A stretch of DNA of 63,743 nucleotides, filler included, from Licmophora abbreviata (Eukaryota): the NCBI GenBank assembly GCA_900291995.1. It is 12 parts of 12 records of this genome, joined end to end, with 100 filler letters (N's around TTAATTAATTAA, not from the genome) between each part and the next. Parts side by side here need not be neighbours in the genome. Positions count along the whole stretch, not along the records: positions 7,986 to 20,632 come from OLMU01006012.1; positions 20,733 to 28,528 come from OLMU01006015.1; 10 more parts are not named here. One strand, given 5' to 3'. A program made the translations under genes and the position numbers. Of the stretch, positions 10,989 through 22,029 are shown piece after piece. Each line of letters begins with the position of its first letter. Position 1 is the stretch's first letter. The notes beneath the pieces are model-generated. The model had not been told where the DNA came from. It saw only the letters and a list, made by a program, of their open reading frames with translations, and did no database searches.

Positions 10989-12707
10989 ATGAACTTTCCG
11001 CCAAGACCAAGTGTACTGGACAGCCCAGAACAGCAGGTCTTCTACTCTGCTGTCGACGACGACGACGATGATGATGAAGATGTACTTCCACCCCGACCAA
11101 CAGTGTCTCCAGAGCGAGCATCACCTCCACTCACATCTGATTCGCTCCACGAGACGATTCAAGACCTTCGAAGACTGAGATCACCTCGAAGGCGACGACG
11201 GAAACTACGATTCCAAAATGCCGTCGATAGCATCATGTCATCGGACACGGACGATTCCTCTACCATTGTCAGTCGGTCTTCTTATCGGTCGTCGCACACA
11301 TCGAGAACGCGACTTGAGCTTATTACGTTGGACGATCTGGAATACGATGGCATTTCGGTATCGTCAGCACCTCGGTCCTCCGTGTTCTTGGGTCGGTCGT
11401 GCCACTCATCCCGACCACCAACGACAAGGAGCAAAGTGACGCGGCTCAAGGCGAAACGAGCCAGGATACGGCCGCAAGAGCCGATCAATCGAATGCCTGC
11501 GCAAAAGCCAAGTGAAACGAATGGAAACAGTGAGCTTGAGCAGATGTTGGGTGATGTCTTGATACGTAAACTGAGTCTCTTCGAGTTATCGGACCACTTT
11601 CAAAGAGGCAGCCAGAGAAACTCGACAAGCAGCAGAATGAAGGGCAGGGGCGATTCAAAGGAAAAGCTTTCATGTGATGCACGAGTGGATGTCACGCTCG
11701 AACACTCTAGAATCGACCTGAATCATGAGCACGAAAGTGATAGTTGTGCCTCGCGCGTGCTCGATGAGTACTGCACTCCGACACCCATACATTGCAACAA
11801 ACATGGAGAGCGCACGAGTTCCAAGTGCCCCGAGAACCCCACTCGTAGGTCCCAGACACCGGAGATCCTGGGTGAAAGAGCCAATGTCATGTGCGAGAGT
11901 CCTTTATCGTTCGCTGTTGCTCCCGTCGAGGACGTCGAAGATGTCTCTGTAGCAGTACTTGACAGTGCTTGTGACGGCGTGGCACGGGTAGACCCCACTC
12001 CCATTGTTGTGGCCCAGGGTTCCGAGTCTTTGAAAACTGGAGATGACATATACAGTGAAGTCAGTGACGAAATGATGGAGCAATGCGGTAGCGAGGGAGA
12101 CGACGAGGCACTGCTCTCGAAAGGATTGACTCTTGTTGACACAAGATCACCTAATTCTGTTCCACTCTTGGAAAACGAGGAGTTACTACGGGTGCGGGAT
12201 GCCACTATCCGACAGCTACAGGTAGAAAATGACTTATGCAAGCAGCAGATCCAAGACCTTACAAGGCAACTGGAAAGTCAGCGACCTGGATACGAGGAAC
12301 GGGCGGCCGTCCTAAGGAGTGAGCTACTAGTAGGTCGTGACGACCAACACCTGGAGACGACGCTGGAAGAGGCCATTGGATTGAGTGTGCTAGTAACAGA
12401 AACTCAAGTTTTGGCCGATGAACTGACCCAAAGCCTCCTTGAGTACTACAAAAGTAGCGGGACTTCGACTGTCAGCGACCAGATGGAGTGCCCATCGAAG
12501 CAGGAGCATCGTCTTCTCCACGAATTTCGTTTGTTGGAACTTAACAACATGGTGGCTCGCCAACAAGAGCATGTCATAAAGCTGCGCAAGTGTGGAGATC
12601 CTTTCAGTATTCAAATGGCAGATAAGACAAGCGATGGGCTACAAACAGAGAAGCAAGCATCATCAGGCATGCAGTCCATGATAGCGCCCCTAACTAACGG
12701 TGGCTAG
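10989..12707 (+). CDS. Hypothetical protein, disordered N-terminus and C-terminal coiled coil
   Basis: 572-aa ATG-started ORF with heptads (DATIRQLQVENDLCKQQIQDLTRQLE). Confidence 0.65.
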   Translation: MNFPPRPSVLDSPEQQVFYSAVDDDDDDDEDVLPPRPTVSPERASPPLTSDSLHETIQDLRRLRSPRRRRRKLRFQNAVDSIMSSDTDDSSTIVSRSSYRSSHTSRTRLELITLDDLEYDGISVSSAPRSSVFLGRSCHSSRPPTTRSKVTRLKAKRARIRPQEPINRMPAQKPSETNGNSELEQMLGDVLIRKLSLFELSDHFQRGSQRNSTSSRMKGRGDSKEKLSCDARVDVTLEHSRIDLNHEHESDSCASRVLDEYCTPTPIHCNKHGERTSSKCPENPTRRSQTPEILGERANVMCESPLSFAVAPVEDVEDVSVAVLDSACDGVARVDPTPIVVAQGSESLKTGDDIYSEVSDEMMEQCGSEGDDEALLSKGLTLVDTRSPNSVPLLENEELLRVRDATIRQLQVENDLCKQQIQDLTRQLESQRPGYEERAAVLRSELLVGRDDQHLETTLEEAIGLSVLVTETQVLADELTQSLLEYYKSSGTSTVSDQMECPSKQEHRLLHEFRLLELNNMVARQQEHVIKLRKCGDPFSIQMADKTSDGLQTEKQASSGMQSMIAPLTNGG

Positions 12708-13190
12708 TAGTAGAGAGAAACTCATTATGATACAAAGTGTCTGCGCTATGTATACGTGTCGAATCCATACCAGGTAAGAACATGTTACGGTTCCATGAGA
12801 AAGGAATGTGAGCAAGACCGATAGGTATGCAAGGTATGATAGAACTACCGGTCTAGTTCCGGACCGAATGATGCCGGAAACCGAGCTTCTATCGCTCAGA
12901 ACCCGGACTTTTGTGCCCGCGCGCCTGGCGAGCCCAGAATTCAGAATTCCGACAATTTGGTCGGCGGGGTATGTCGAACAGTTTCAACTTGCAAGTTCCG
13001 GTTATTTCAAAGAAGTACGAGTTTGACGAGTGTCATCGTTTCTTGAGCAAGGAAAGGACGCGATTCTGAAGTTTTGTCCGTCTTACAGGTATCTCGCATA
13101 GGCACAAGGCGTTTCTACTGTAGCGGCATACGTCTACGTGCAGCAGCAACCAGACAGTATCAAGCTACTCCAAGTGAACCATCTATCGTT

Positions 13191-14006
13191 ATGCCGCCTC
13201 TCGGGCAAGAAAAAAGGAAACAAGAAGATGACGAGAGAGCGGTTTTCAGCACCCCTTCGACCGTCGTACAGAGCTACTTCAAAGGCGCCATGGCTTCGAA
13301 AGAGATACTGAAAAGAGTCGCTGCCACCATTGAACCACTCGGCTTGACGGCCGAGAACACATTGTACGGACAGTCAGTCTGTCCCGATGAAATCAATCAT
13401 GCAGAGGGTGATATCACCAACATCTTTGCAGAGTACATGGGCGAAGTCTTTCACCTGGGCGGACTCGCGGGTGTTCCGTTTACCGGAAAGACGGGCTTTG
13501 CCGCCTTTTCGCATCATGTACCTGACAAGAACGGAAACTTGTTCATCCTCATGGCTCCTCACGTCGGATGCTGCAACAACCTCACGCTCGGAAGGTATAG
13601 TCGGATTGGACAAGGGTGCGATGGAGCCGCCTGTGGAGCTGCCGTCGGTGCCCTGGCGCACTGTCGCTCAGGTCAACCACTACCATGTCTAGCCTCTACT
13701 TTTGACGACTACCAAATGACTTTTCTCATGCACCACATCGATGCCGTCAAGGAACAAATCCTTTGTAAACCTACTGGAAATTGTCAGCAAGCTGAACTTG
13801 CCTTTCAGACGCACAAGATCGGCAAGGAGATGCTGGATCAAATTGTCAGTATGAACTTTGGTGGAAGCGACTCGAAATTATTCATTTTGACTGGAATTCA
13901 AATCAACATGCCGGACCCCGATAAAGACTACTTTCTGCCGCTCTCCTTTGACATGCGCACCAAAACTGACCATCAGGACTTGTTCGAGCAGACATTTGTG
14001 GCGTAA
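13191..14006 (+). CDS. LCIB: LCIB/LCIC family protein (theta-class carbonic anhydrase)
   Basis: Family motifs QSVCPDEIN, FHLGGLAGVPFTGKTGFAAFSHHVPD, PHVG, ACGA and GIQINM. Cys/His/Cys Zn ligands are present. Frame open upstream to 13074. Confidence 0.9.
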   Translation: MPPLGQEKRKQEDDERAVFSTPSTVVQSYFKGAMASKEILKRVAATIEPLGLTAENTLYGQSVCPDEINHAEGDITNIFAEYMGEVFHLGGLAGVPFTGKTGFAAFSHHVPDKNGNLFILMAPHVGCCNNLTLGRYSRIGQGCDGAACGAAVGALAHCRSGQPLPCLASTFDDYQMTFLMHHIDAVKEQILCKPTGNCQQAELAFQTHKIGKEMLDQIVSMNFGGSDSKLFILTGIQINMPDPDKDYFLPLSFDMRTKTDHQDLFEQTFVA

Positions 14007-14200
14007 TATGCACCTGGTACCAGTACGAACCTCGCTGACATCACACAATGGACGACACAACCATATCAAGGAGAGAGAAAGTAGAGTAGACATTCACAGT
14101 GTGCGCGATTAACATGTTAAAAGACTTCTGTTTTTCCCTTTCTGCTCGAACGTCAATTCAATCCCCTACCCCCGCAAGAAAATCGCACAAACATGAACAT

Positions 14201-16024
14201 TCATAACACCCGCCCCCGGTATTTCTGTCGACGAATGGCATCCTTCTGATAGAGCTGCTTCTTTTTCCGTACCCCCCGCATGAATTGTTGAATCTCTTGG
14301 ATCAGGTCGTTCGATTCTTGCAACAAGTCAGCCGCTCGTACATGGGACGCTTTCTTTGACTGAAACTCTTGCGTGAGCTGCTGCTGCTGATGTTCGAGTG
14401 TGCTTCTTCGATGGTCTTCACTCAACTCTTGAAGTTGCACACGTCGCGCCATTTGTCGCTCGAGATCTCGCTCGGCGTTCAAGTCAATGTGAGCGCCCCT
14501 CGATTTCGGCGAGGACGTTGGACTGCCACTACTGCTTCCATTGATGGTGTTGTAGGATGAGGCAAACGTTGTATTGCTCGCCGTTGTGGCAACACTGTGA
14601 CCGCTATAGTTGTGGGGAATGGGCGGTGGCGACGTGGATGGTCGTCTGCTTCGGTGCCCAGTGCTCGGTCCGTTGCTCCTGCGTCGAGTTGCAGTACCAC
14701 TGGAAGTCGAAGTAACAGTCGATCGCTCTCTCTCTTGCCCCATGCTTCCCCTTCGACTGGTGCTAGAGCTCCTTGTGGAAGCAGTTCTGCCTTGCATGCC
14801 GGCATGATTGCTTCCGTGATTACTCGCAGTCGTCCTGGTCGACCTTTCTGCCGCCGAATCGGCACTCGATCGCTGAAAGTTGGATGATTTGAGCGGCATA
14901 CTACTCACACTGGCACCTCTCATACTCCCCCGCATGTCCAAATCGTCTACAGAAATCAATTGTCGTAGAGTCAGTCGACGGCGTGTGGGAGTATGAATCA
15001 CCGGCGAGTCTGTGTTTTTCGCGGTGCGACTGCTGCTCACACTCCCTCGTCTTAGTGTCGTATTGTTGCGCTTTTCCGTTTGAATGCTCGTATTGCTGGT
15101 ATTCACAGCTTCACTGCTACTACTACGCGACTCTTGCTCGTCTTCCTCAATACTCGCTCCGCTGCTATTGTACAACATTGCAAGCCTCTTGCTGCTGCTT
15201 GCACGATTCATTCTCCCGTTCGAAGCAGATGCCGGACTCACTCGACCACTGCCACTGCTGACGCTGGAAAGGGACTCTGTCGCAGCTGTGCTGGTGGACG
15301 ACGGACTCTCATGATCGTGGTTGGAATGCAGTGGCGGCGGTGGAATAGAGGGAGAAATGTCGGTAGTAGTGGGAGGAGATGACTGAGGAGGCGTCGACGC
15401 AGTCGTAGATTCCAGAGAAGACATGCTAGGAGACGACGAACGCTCACTGCTCTGTCCTGCACTGTCCCGTCTTGACGACGATTGTCGACTTCGAGATGAC
15501 CCTCCGGACGAATGAAGCGGCGGTCGCGTATTGCTGCTTCGACTGCTGGATACACGACGACTGGCACGACGTTCGGAAGAAAAGAGTGATCGACGCGAGG
15601 CGGGGCTCGGGGGAAGTACCGAAGAAGTGCGAGGAGGCGTAGTCGGAGAAGTAGCAGCACTCTCGCCTTGTGAAACTCGAAAGACACTGTTGGCGCTAGC
15701 TCTCGGTGCGGGAGTCCTATCCGACTGCTGCCGCGACCGTCTGCGATCGTTGTTGCTACCGCTGCCGGTACTGGATCGCGACTTGCGACTGTCGCTGGAA
15801 CACGTGGTGCGACTCGTGGCCGACGAGGCTGGACTGTTCCTTCCGCTTCGACTCGTAGAAGAAGCAGCGGTGGTAGTACGTTCGCCGGGTGCTGCTACTG
15901 TGGTTCTGTGAGAGGAGTTGTCTTCTTGGGAGGATGGAGCGTGGTTGCTTCTTGCTAGTACAGGTACAGGAACACTACTGCTTCTTCCCGGACGATCATT
16001 GCGACGATGACTGGACAATAGCAT
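14201..16024 (-). CDS. Ser/Arg/Thr-rich low-complexity protein with C-terminal coiled coil
   Basis: Long ORF of about 600 aa with a helical C-terminus (ERDLERQMARRVQLQEL...). Confidence 0.6.
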   Translation of the reverse strand: MLLSSHRRNDRPGRSSSVPVPVLARSNHAPSSQEDNSSHRTTVAAPGERTTTAASSTSRSGRNSPASSATSRTTCSSDSRKSRSSTGSGSNNDRRRSRQQSDRTPAPRASANSVFRVSQGESAATSPTTPPRTSSVLPPSPASRRSLFSSERRASRRVSSSRSSNTRPPLHSSGGSSRSRQSSSRRDSAGQSSERSSSPSMSSLESTTASTPPQSSPPTTTDISPSIPPPPLHSNHDHESPSSTSTAATESLSSVSSGSGRVSPASASNGRMNRASSSKRLAMLYNSSGASIEEDEQESRSSSSEAVNTSNTSIQTEKRNNTTLRRGSVSSSRTAKNTDSPVIHTPTRRRLTLRQLISVDDLDMRGSMRGASVSSMPLKSSNFQRSSADSAAERSTRTTASNHGSNHAGMQGRTASTRSSSTSRRGSMGQERERSTVTSTSSGTATRRRSNGPSTGHRSRRPSTSPPPIPHNYSGHSVATTASNTTFASSYNTINGSSSGSPTSSPKSRGAHIDLNAERDLERQMARRVQLQELSEDHRRSTLEHQQQQLTQEFQSKKASHVRAADLLQESNDLIQEIQQFMRGVRKKKQLYQKDAIRRQKYRGRVL

Positions 16025-16450
16025 CCTGGAGTGATAGAGCAAGAGGGACTAGAGAGGGACTGTAGTGATTGCAATGGATAGGTCGATCACGCACGTCTAT
16101 GCTCATGAACCTCGAGAGAAAGGGGTGAAGTCACCCAAATCCACTCACACTCGTGTTGCCTTGCGTGATTGTCACGGTGCGCGCTCCTGAAAAAATGAGA
16201 CACTCTCGTAGAAATGCGTAGTAAATATACCACAATTGAGGTGAGATGCCAAATTTTCAATTACACCTATATATGTATACAGCATGTAATACGTATAATT
16301 GATTGATAGGTCTAAAACGTTGTATATAAGTCATCATGTACGCCAGTGGTATCTGGCTACGTATTGATATTTTGAAATCGCAAGCGGTGCGCCATTGCGC
16401 CATGACGATGAGCGTTTTCGCGCGTGAAACAACCGAGGCAAAGTTGTCCA

Positions 16451-16509
16451 ATGAGCTCGAAGTAAGTTACAATGTGACACCGATGAGCTAGAAGTAAGTT
16501 ACAATGTGA
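16451..16509. repeat. 27-bp direct repeat, 2 copies, period 32, 1 mismatch
   Basis: atgagctcgaagtaagttacaatgtga at 16451 and atgagctagaagtaagttacaatgtga at 16483. Confidence 0.85.
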
Positions 16510-16554
16510 AAGACTGAATGAATTCAATTTCAAGTAGAAAAGGCATGGCCAAAG

Positions 16555-18018
16555 CTAGACAATGTCTTTGCATTCGTAGCAATCCGAATATACAGTGCTA
16601 CCGGTGGCTCTTAGTTCCTGCGTAGCCGGACCCAGATTGATTCCAGTGCTCTCGCCAGGGCAGTCACTCTGTACGGCTTGAGCCCCGTTTCCTAGAAACG
16701 TGTAGCACCTGGTGGTTCCAGCGAAGCTAGATCCGATACACTTGCTGTCTGACTTGCAGAGATCGATGCATTCTGCTTCCGTCAGAGAGCCACTGGGGTA
16801 TATGCAGTAAGTTGGATACGTGCTACTGCCTTCTGCAAAGCAGTCTCCTCGTCCAACACTGACGCATTCCCTGAGACCACCTGACTCACCAGGAAGTGTA
16901 AGCACCGACGACACGGACTGCAGATTCGCAAATGCTGGATGTTTGGTGTCTTGCAACACCTGCACGTACGCCTTTTGACCAGCTTGCGTTGCGAAAGGGA
17001 GGGTTGCAACTTCGGAGGCCGTCAAGCCGGAGGAGGAGTCTTTGTATGAGATCACCTGATAGAAGAGTACCTTCAGCTTGGGCCCTTGCAATTGACGAAG
17101 TCGGCGACGTGCCTCTGGGTCCTGGTCCTGGAACACATATGTGGAGGTCACATTCGTCACACTCACACCAGGGCGGTCTTCGTATGTCTTCGTGAAATAC
17201 TGTGCTGAGGCACGTTCCCAGACCTGAATCGCTTCATCGGTCATGGGCTCTAAACCAAGAAAGGAAAAAGACAAGCCGAAAAGGGTCTCGTTCCTAAGCA
17301 CCGAGGGGGTCTTTTGGGGCTCATCCGGCGAGCGGAGCAGTACCACGACCACGCCGATGATGACAGCGACGAGCACGAGCAAGGCTACACCTGACAAAAG
17401 TAGAATGTTTCTCTTTGTCATGTGACACGTTTCACAGGTATGTTTCTTCGGGACTTTTGATGGAGGCTCTGTCAACTCTTCCTCCCGGTAAACAACGTTG
17501 GCAACTTGCATATCTGGGACCAGCTGTGCCCTCGCTACAGCGTGGGGCACAGACTTGCGAACCACAGGCTCTTGGGGGACCATGGAAACGCTATCGCCGG
17601 TGTAGGTGAAGTCGGTTACCGTGACATCGTCAGTATCTCCGCCACTGGCTCCAGGGATACGTACGGCACCGGGTTTCTCCGATGAAGGGGCCATCGTTGC
17701 CACGGTACCACCCTTGATGACGGCTAGACGATGCACTGCTTCCTGGGCGCGGAGTTCGTCGTCAATATGCCGGCGCTCATTCTTCTTGCCGTCACCCTCG
17801 CAATGAGAACGAGCTGCTGCAGCACTGGGGACGTCTTTGAGCTTGTTCTTTTTAAGAGACTGGAGAGGCTTGTCATCGTCTGTGTCGATTCCCTTGTATT
17901 GCTTGATCGCCCTTGCAATCGACTTGCGTTGGTCTTGCGAATCTTCGAAAGATATTTCTCGTTTCTCTTCTTCTGGATCGCGTCTACGTTCGGAGGAGTC
18001 TCGTCTGCTGAGGTGCAT
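16555..18018 (-). CDS. Type II single-pass membrane protein with RRL motif and Cys-rich (PAN/apple-like) C-terminus
   Basis: Cytosolic PGAVRIPG motif, TM ILLLSGVALLVLVAVIIGVVVVLL, ARRRLRQLQ, and ECIDLCKSDSKCIGSSF...CY. Confidence 0.75.
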   Translation of the reverse strand: MHLSRRDSSERRRDPEEEKREISFEDSQDQRKSIARAIKQYKGIDTDDDKPLQSLKKNKLKDVPSAAAARSHCEGDGKKNERRHIDDELRAQEAVHRLAVIKGGTVATMAPSSEKPGAVRIPGASGGDTDDVTVTDFTYTGDSVSMVPQEPVVRKSVPHAVARAQLVPDMQVANVVYREEELTEPPSKVPKKHTCETCHMTKRNILLLSGVALLVLVAVIIGVVVVLLRSPDEPQKTPSVLRNETLFGLSFSFLGLEPMTDEAIQVWERASAQYFTKTYEDRPGVSVTNVTSTYVFQDQDPEARRRLRQLQGPKLKVLFYQVISYKDSSSGLTASEVATLPFATQAGQKAYVQVLQDTKHPAFANLQSVSSVLTLPGESGGLRECVSVGRGDCFAEGSSTYPTYCIYPSGSLTEAECIDLCKSDSKCIGSSFAGTTRCYTFLGNGAQAVQSDCPGESTGINLGPATQELRATGSTVYSDCYECKDIV

Positions 18019-18426
18019 GATGATTCGGAAACTAGCAGGAGGCAAAGGGAGGGATGCAGGGGGGAACTAGCAGGTTAGGTTGCTCCGTGAAGTGCACATT
18101 GCAAGCGCCAAGTGCTCGGTATAGACTACAGGCAGACTACAGTAAACTCAGCTTCGTTGAGAGTGAGTTGAGTCGAGTCCAAATGGAGAGAATTCAGAAT
18201 TCAGAATACGAGACGTCCACAAGTCGTGGTTCAGTTCAGTTTTCGCGCGCCGTGAGCGCAGAAACGAGACGCGCGAAAAAAATTATACCGCCGGCGGATC
18301 TTGTGGAGTGACGGTCCCGCCAAACTGCACTTCACGAGTCGAAAGGCAGTTTAGAAGTATAAAAAGCTCTTCTATTGTGTTTGGTTTTGGCGAGCAGCAA
18401 TCCATTTGTCCCTTTTGCACAGTACC

Positions 18427-20343
18427 ATGAAGGCTATGATGCGTCTTATTATCTGTTGGGCGCTCCTCATTCTTTGCCTGGGCTCCCGGTTTCGACCAGG
18501 CGCAGCCTCTAGTTCCCCTGATGACGGAACACCATCCTTACGAGGCGAGGAGTATCATCGCCGCTTCAACGAGGCGACTCATGTCTCTGTTACTCGGTCG
18601 TTGCAAGGTGGTGGTGGTGGAGGTGTTGGAACAGGAGGGCGTGTACGGGCCGGGGGGACGCTTGGCGGTGCGGGCGGTGCGCAAGAAAGAGCGTTTTCTC
18701 CGAGGCCAAGGCCTACTCCGGCCCCATCTCCCACACCGGCAGAAGATCGTTGCGAGTTTGAGCTTCAAGTCGGATGCGTCGATCAAGACGACAGCTGCGA
18801 GAACATCCCCGTGGACAGCGTGTGTGAATTCCGTCCAAATGGAATGACCTTTCTCTACAACGGCGGCGACTGCCTGCAAAGTTCGAGCTCTGCATCGGGA
18901 AGTCTCTTTTCGTGTGACGACACGCTCGGGGGACCTCCCACCGACCCCAGTGCATTTGTCTACGTCAGCATCGGCGACGCAGGGTCCGGTGTCGTGTATT
19001 TTGAAGGCTTTGTTCAGACGGGTGAAATCGTGGTGGCCAATCCTGGTGCTTCCGGCGACAGCTTTGCAACCACGTTGGGCATCACGGTCTACGACAACGC
19101 CGCCATGACGAATGCTCTTCAGACCATCCGCTTGAGCTCGACTTGCGAATTCCCCACCTTTCTCAACGACAACTATGGAGCCTTCCAGTTGCGGTCCTGG
19201 GATGATGATCAGGGCCGGAACTACCCTCGTCAGATGCTTGGGCTGACAGTTACCAACACATTCAGTTCTCCCATCATGATAACCTCTCTGGTGAGCGAGA
19301 CGAACTTTTTGCTTGGCAACATCGATGGGACGAGTGTCGCTATGAGCAATGGTTTGATCGATCCTGGAGCTTCAGTAGGATTGAACGTTGGACTGTTCTT
19401 GGACCTGACATCAGAACAGACTTATGTCGTGGATACTACGGCCACAGCTGAGGACAGTACTGGCGCTATTACATGTACTCAGACAGACATGCTTTCCTTT
19501 ACAGCTGGTATGGCACGACCTTCGCAACCGCCGTCGCCGTCCCCTCCACCTCAGTCATGTGAGTTTGTGCTGAGTGTTGATTGTCAGGTGGATCCTGGCG
19601 CGATTCCATGTGAACAGGCGCCACTCGATGTCGCGACTTTTCAGTGCGATAGTGGTCCTAGTACAGAATTGCAGTTTCGATACATTGGTGGCCCTTGTCC
19701 GACGAGCACGAACACCACGATCGCGGGCTTCGAATGCCAAGACTTCCAAGGCGGACCACCAACCACTGAAGATGCCATAGTGACTGTAGTCATTCGCTCT
19801 GCCGTGACTGATCAGCTGTATTTCTCGTCCAGCACAATCCAAGCTGGCACCTTGGTCCGTGCTTTGGATCCAGCGGGACTTGACGCTACTCTCAGAATTA
19901 TTATTGTGTCCAGTACGAACAACGTACTGCAAGAGTTAAGGGTTCCAACTGATTGCGGCGTGACTCCAATTGATGTCAACACAGAGTTTGGTAGCATCCG
20001 GCTGAAGGGGTGGAGAGATTCGACGCTGATTGCTTTCCCTCGCATCGTTATAGGGTCTGAAATTGTGAATACGTTCAATACCAACATTGGCATGACATCG
20101 CTCCTTTCTGAGCTGAACTTTCCACCTTTGTTTGAGGTCAACTTGACACAGACGACCTTGGACGGTGGGGGCGACGATCTACTTCCCGGCGAACGACTGT
20201 TGGTGGCGTTCTCGCAAGAGTTTGACTTGTCTGTTCGACGGGAGAACACTGTGGAAATTTTCGCCACCGCAGCGCCCGTGGATGGAGCAAATGGCATATG
20301 TACGCAGACAGATCTCATCTCCTTTGTTGCTGGTGCGGCTTGA
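18427..20343 (+). CDS. Secreted protein with two tandem Cys-containing domains of about 250 aa and Pro-rich linkers
   Basis: Signal peptide MMRLIICWALLILCLG and RSLQ motif. Each repeat runs CEFxLxVxC...(F/L)xYxGGxC...CTQTDxxSFxAG. Confidence 0.8.
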   Translation: MKAMMRLIICWALLILCLGSRFRPGAASSSPDDGTPSLRGEEYHRRFNEATHVSVTRSLQGGGGGGVGTGGRVRAGGTLGGAGGAQERAFSPRPRPTPAPSPTPAEDRCEFELQVGCVDQDDSCENIPVDSVCEFRPNGMTFLYNGGDCLQSSSSASGSLFSCDDTLGGPPTDPSAFVYVSIGDAGSGVVYFEGFVQTGEIVVANPGASGDSFATTLGITVYDNAAMTNALQTIRLSSTCEFPTFLNDNYGAFQLRSWDDDQGRNYPRQMLGLTVTNTFSSPIMITSLVSETNFLLGNIDGTSVAMSNGLIDPGASVGLNVGLFLDLTSEQTYVVDTTATAEDSTGAITCTQTDMLSFTAGMARPSQPPSPSPPPQSCEFVLSVDCQVDPGAIPCEQAPLDVATFQCDSGPSTELQFRYIGGPCPTSTNTTIAGFECQDFQGGPPTTEDAIVTVVIRSAVTDQLYFSSSTIQAGTLVRALDPAGLDATLRIIIVSSTNNVLQELRVPTDCGVTPIDVNTEFGSIRLKGWRDSTLIAFPRIVIGSEIVNTFNTNIGMTSLLSELNFPPLFEVNLTQTTLDGGGDDLLPGERLLVAFSQEFDLSVRRENTVEIFATAAPVDGANGICTQTDLISFVAGAA

Positions 20344-20732
20344 TTGAAATAGCGGGAGTCATGTGTGCAATGACGTGGACGCAGGCAATCCATGAATGCT
20401 TCGACAGCTTTGACCCTATTGATGTGGCTTGTGTATCTACACAGACAGATTGTTCGCGTGCACGTGTCATTGTAGAGACTGACTGAACCGATAGAATTGC
20501 AGTTTGGCGAGATGGACGAATTGTCATTAGAAACCCCAGCAATCTGTTTGTGACGCCCCAAAGGATGGTTTCAAGATGCAGTGAGAACAACACGAGCTCC
20601 GAGCCCGAGATTTTGTATGGTCTTCTACTACTNNNNNNNNNNNNNNNNNNNNNNNNNNNNNNNNNNNNNNNNNNNNTTAATTAATTAANNNNNNNNNNNN
20701 NNNNNNNNNNNNNNNNNNNNNNNNNNNNNNNN

Positions 20733-21689
20733 CGGAAACAACAATGACGACGACGACGACGACGACCAGCACGATGATCAGGACGAGCGTTACGTTGGGG
20801 GTGTGGACTCACGTGGAGGAGGAAGGTGAGGGGCAAAACTAGCGACAGTGATCGAGCGAGCTGATACTGTTACGAACGGCACGGATCTGGGTGCGACGTC
20901 ACATCGGTCACTTCTTCTCGCGCTTCTTGGAGGACTCGTGCTCGACTGTCATGCTTCCGCCTCTTGTGCCTCACGTTCGTTTGTTTCCGTTCGTCTCGCA
21001 GCGGCCTAGCCGTCGAGCCGAATCCAGGGTCCGGAGGCAGCGCCGACTCGCTCCGCCAAGCGATTCTCGGTCGTGCCACGGAGGCGACAACACGTGCAGA
21101 CGAGGCGGCCTCTGCAGAATCCTCGACCCGCCGCACCATCACCATGTATCGGGATGGCTTTACGGTAGACGACGGAGACTACCGTCGCTTGGACGACCCC
21201 AACAATGCAGAATTCTTGCGCTCGCTCGCTGCCGGACGGACTCCCCGAGAGCTAGTGCAAGATGAAGAGGGCAAACTGAATCCTGATATTGTTGTGAATC
21301 TTCTAGATAAGCGCCACGAAGAGTACCAAGAGACCTTTCGAAGCTTTACGGGTGCCGGGACGACACTCGGTGGGATCGCGTCGACTGCGGATGCTACCAG
21401 TGACGGCGTGTTTGGCCCCCATGCAGAGCCTGTTGCCCCCGATGCAACGACGACGACTACCGATGCAGGCTCCAAGAAAGAGTCGACGTCGATTCAAGTA
21501 CGTTTGTTGAATGGACAGCGCAGGGTCGTACGAATTGCCTTGAGCGCCACTGTTGCGGATCTGGCTGCCATGGTGCCTTCAGATTCGCCATTTCGACTCG
21601 TGTCGGGATTTCCGCCAAAGCCTCTGACGAGCGGAACTATTGAAGAGAACGCATTGAAAGGAGCGCAGGTCGTTATGAAGAAGGTATGA
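20733..21689 (+). CDS. NSFL1C: NSFL1 cofactor p47/Shp1-like SEP+UBX protein (p97/CDC48 adaptor), 5'-truncated; intron 20826..21001
   Basis: YVGGVDSRGGGS-GLAVEP across the intron. SEP domain (ITMYRDGFTVDDG...GRTPREL), SHP box FTGAGTTLG, UBX domain (IQVRLLNG...GFPPKPL). Confidence 0.9.
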
Positions 21690-22029
21690 GTGGGACAGAC
21701 GATAGTATGGGCTTGTGGTGGAGAGAGAGAGAGAGCGCGCGAACGGACGGTACTGAAAAAGAACAACTAGTACTAGCAAGCACGATCCATAGTGACGCGA
21801 GCTTTGCAGGTAACACTCGTAGTATTGTCCCAATAGCATTAACATTGCTTGACTCTTCGAACTTGTTCACGTCATGGACAGGTCGTGATAGGAGGCCAGC
21901 ACTCTACATGCAGCTAGATGCGAAGACCATAGCATCAAACAGAGAATTTTAAGGTTATTCGATCTACTCGTAAGCTAATACCAGTACACACAATCACTAC
22001 CCGACGCGAAGTCTTCAGCTAGCTATCTC

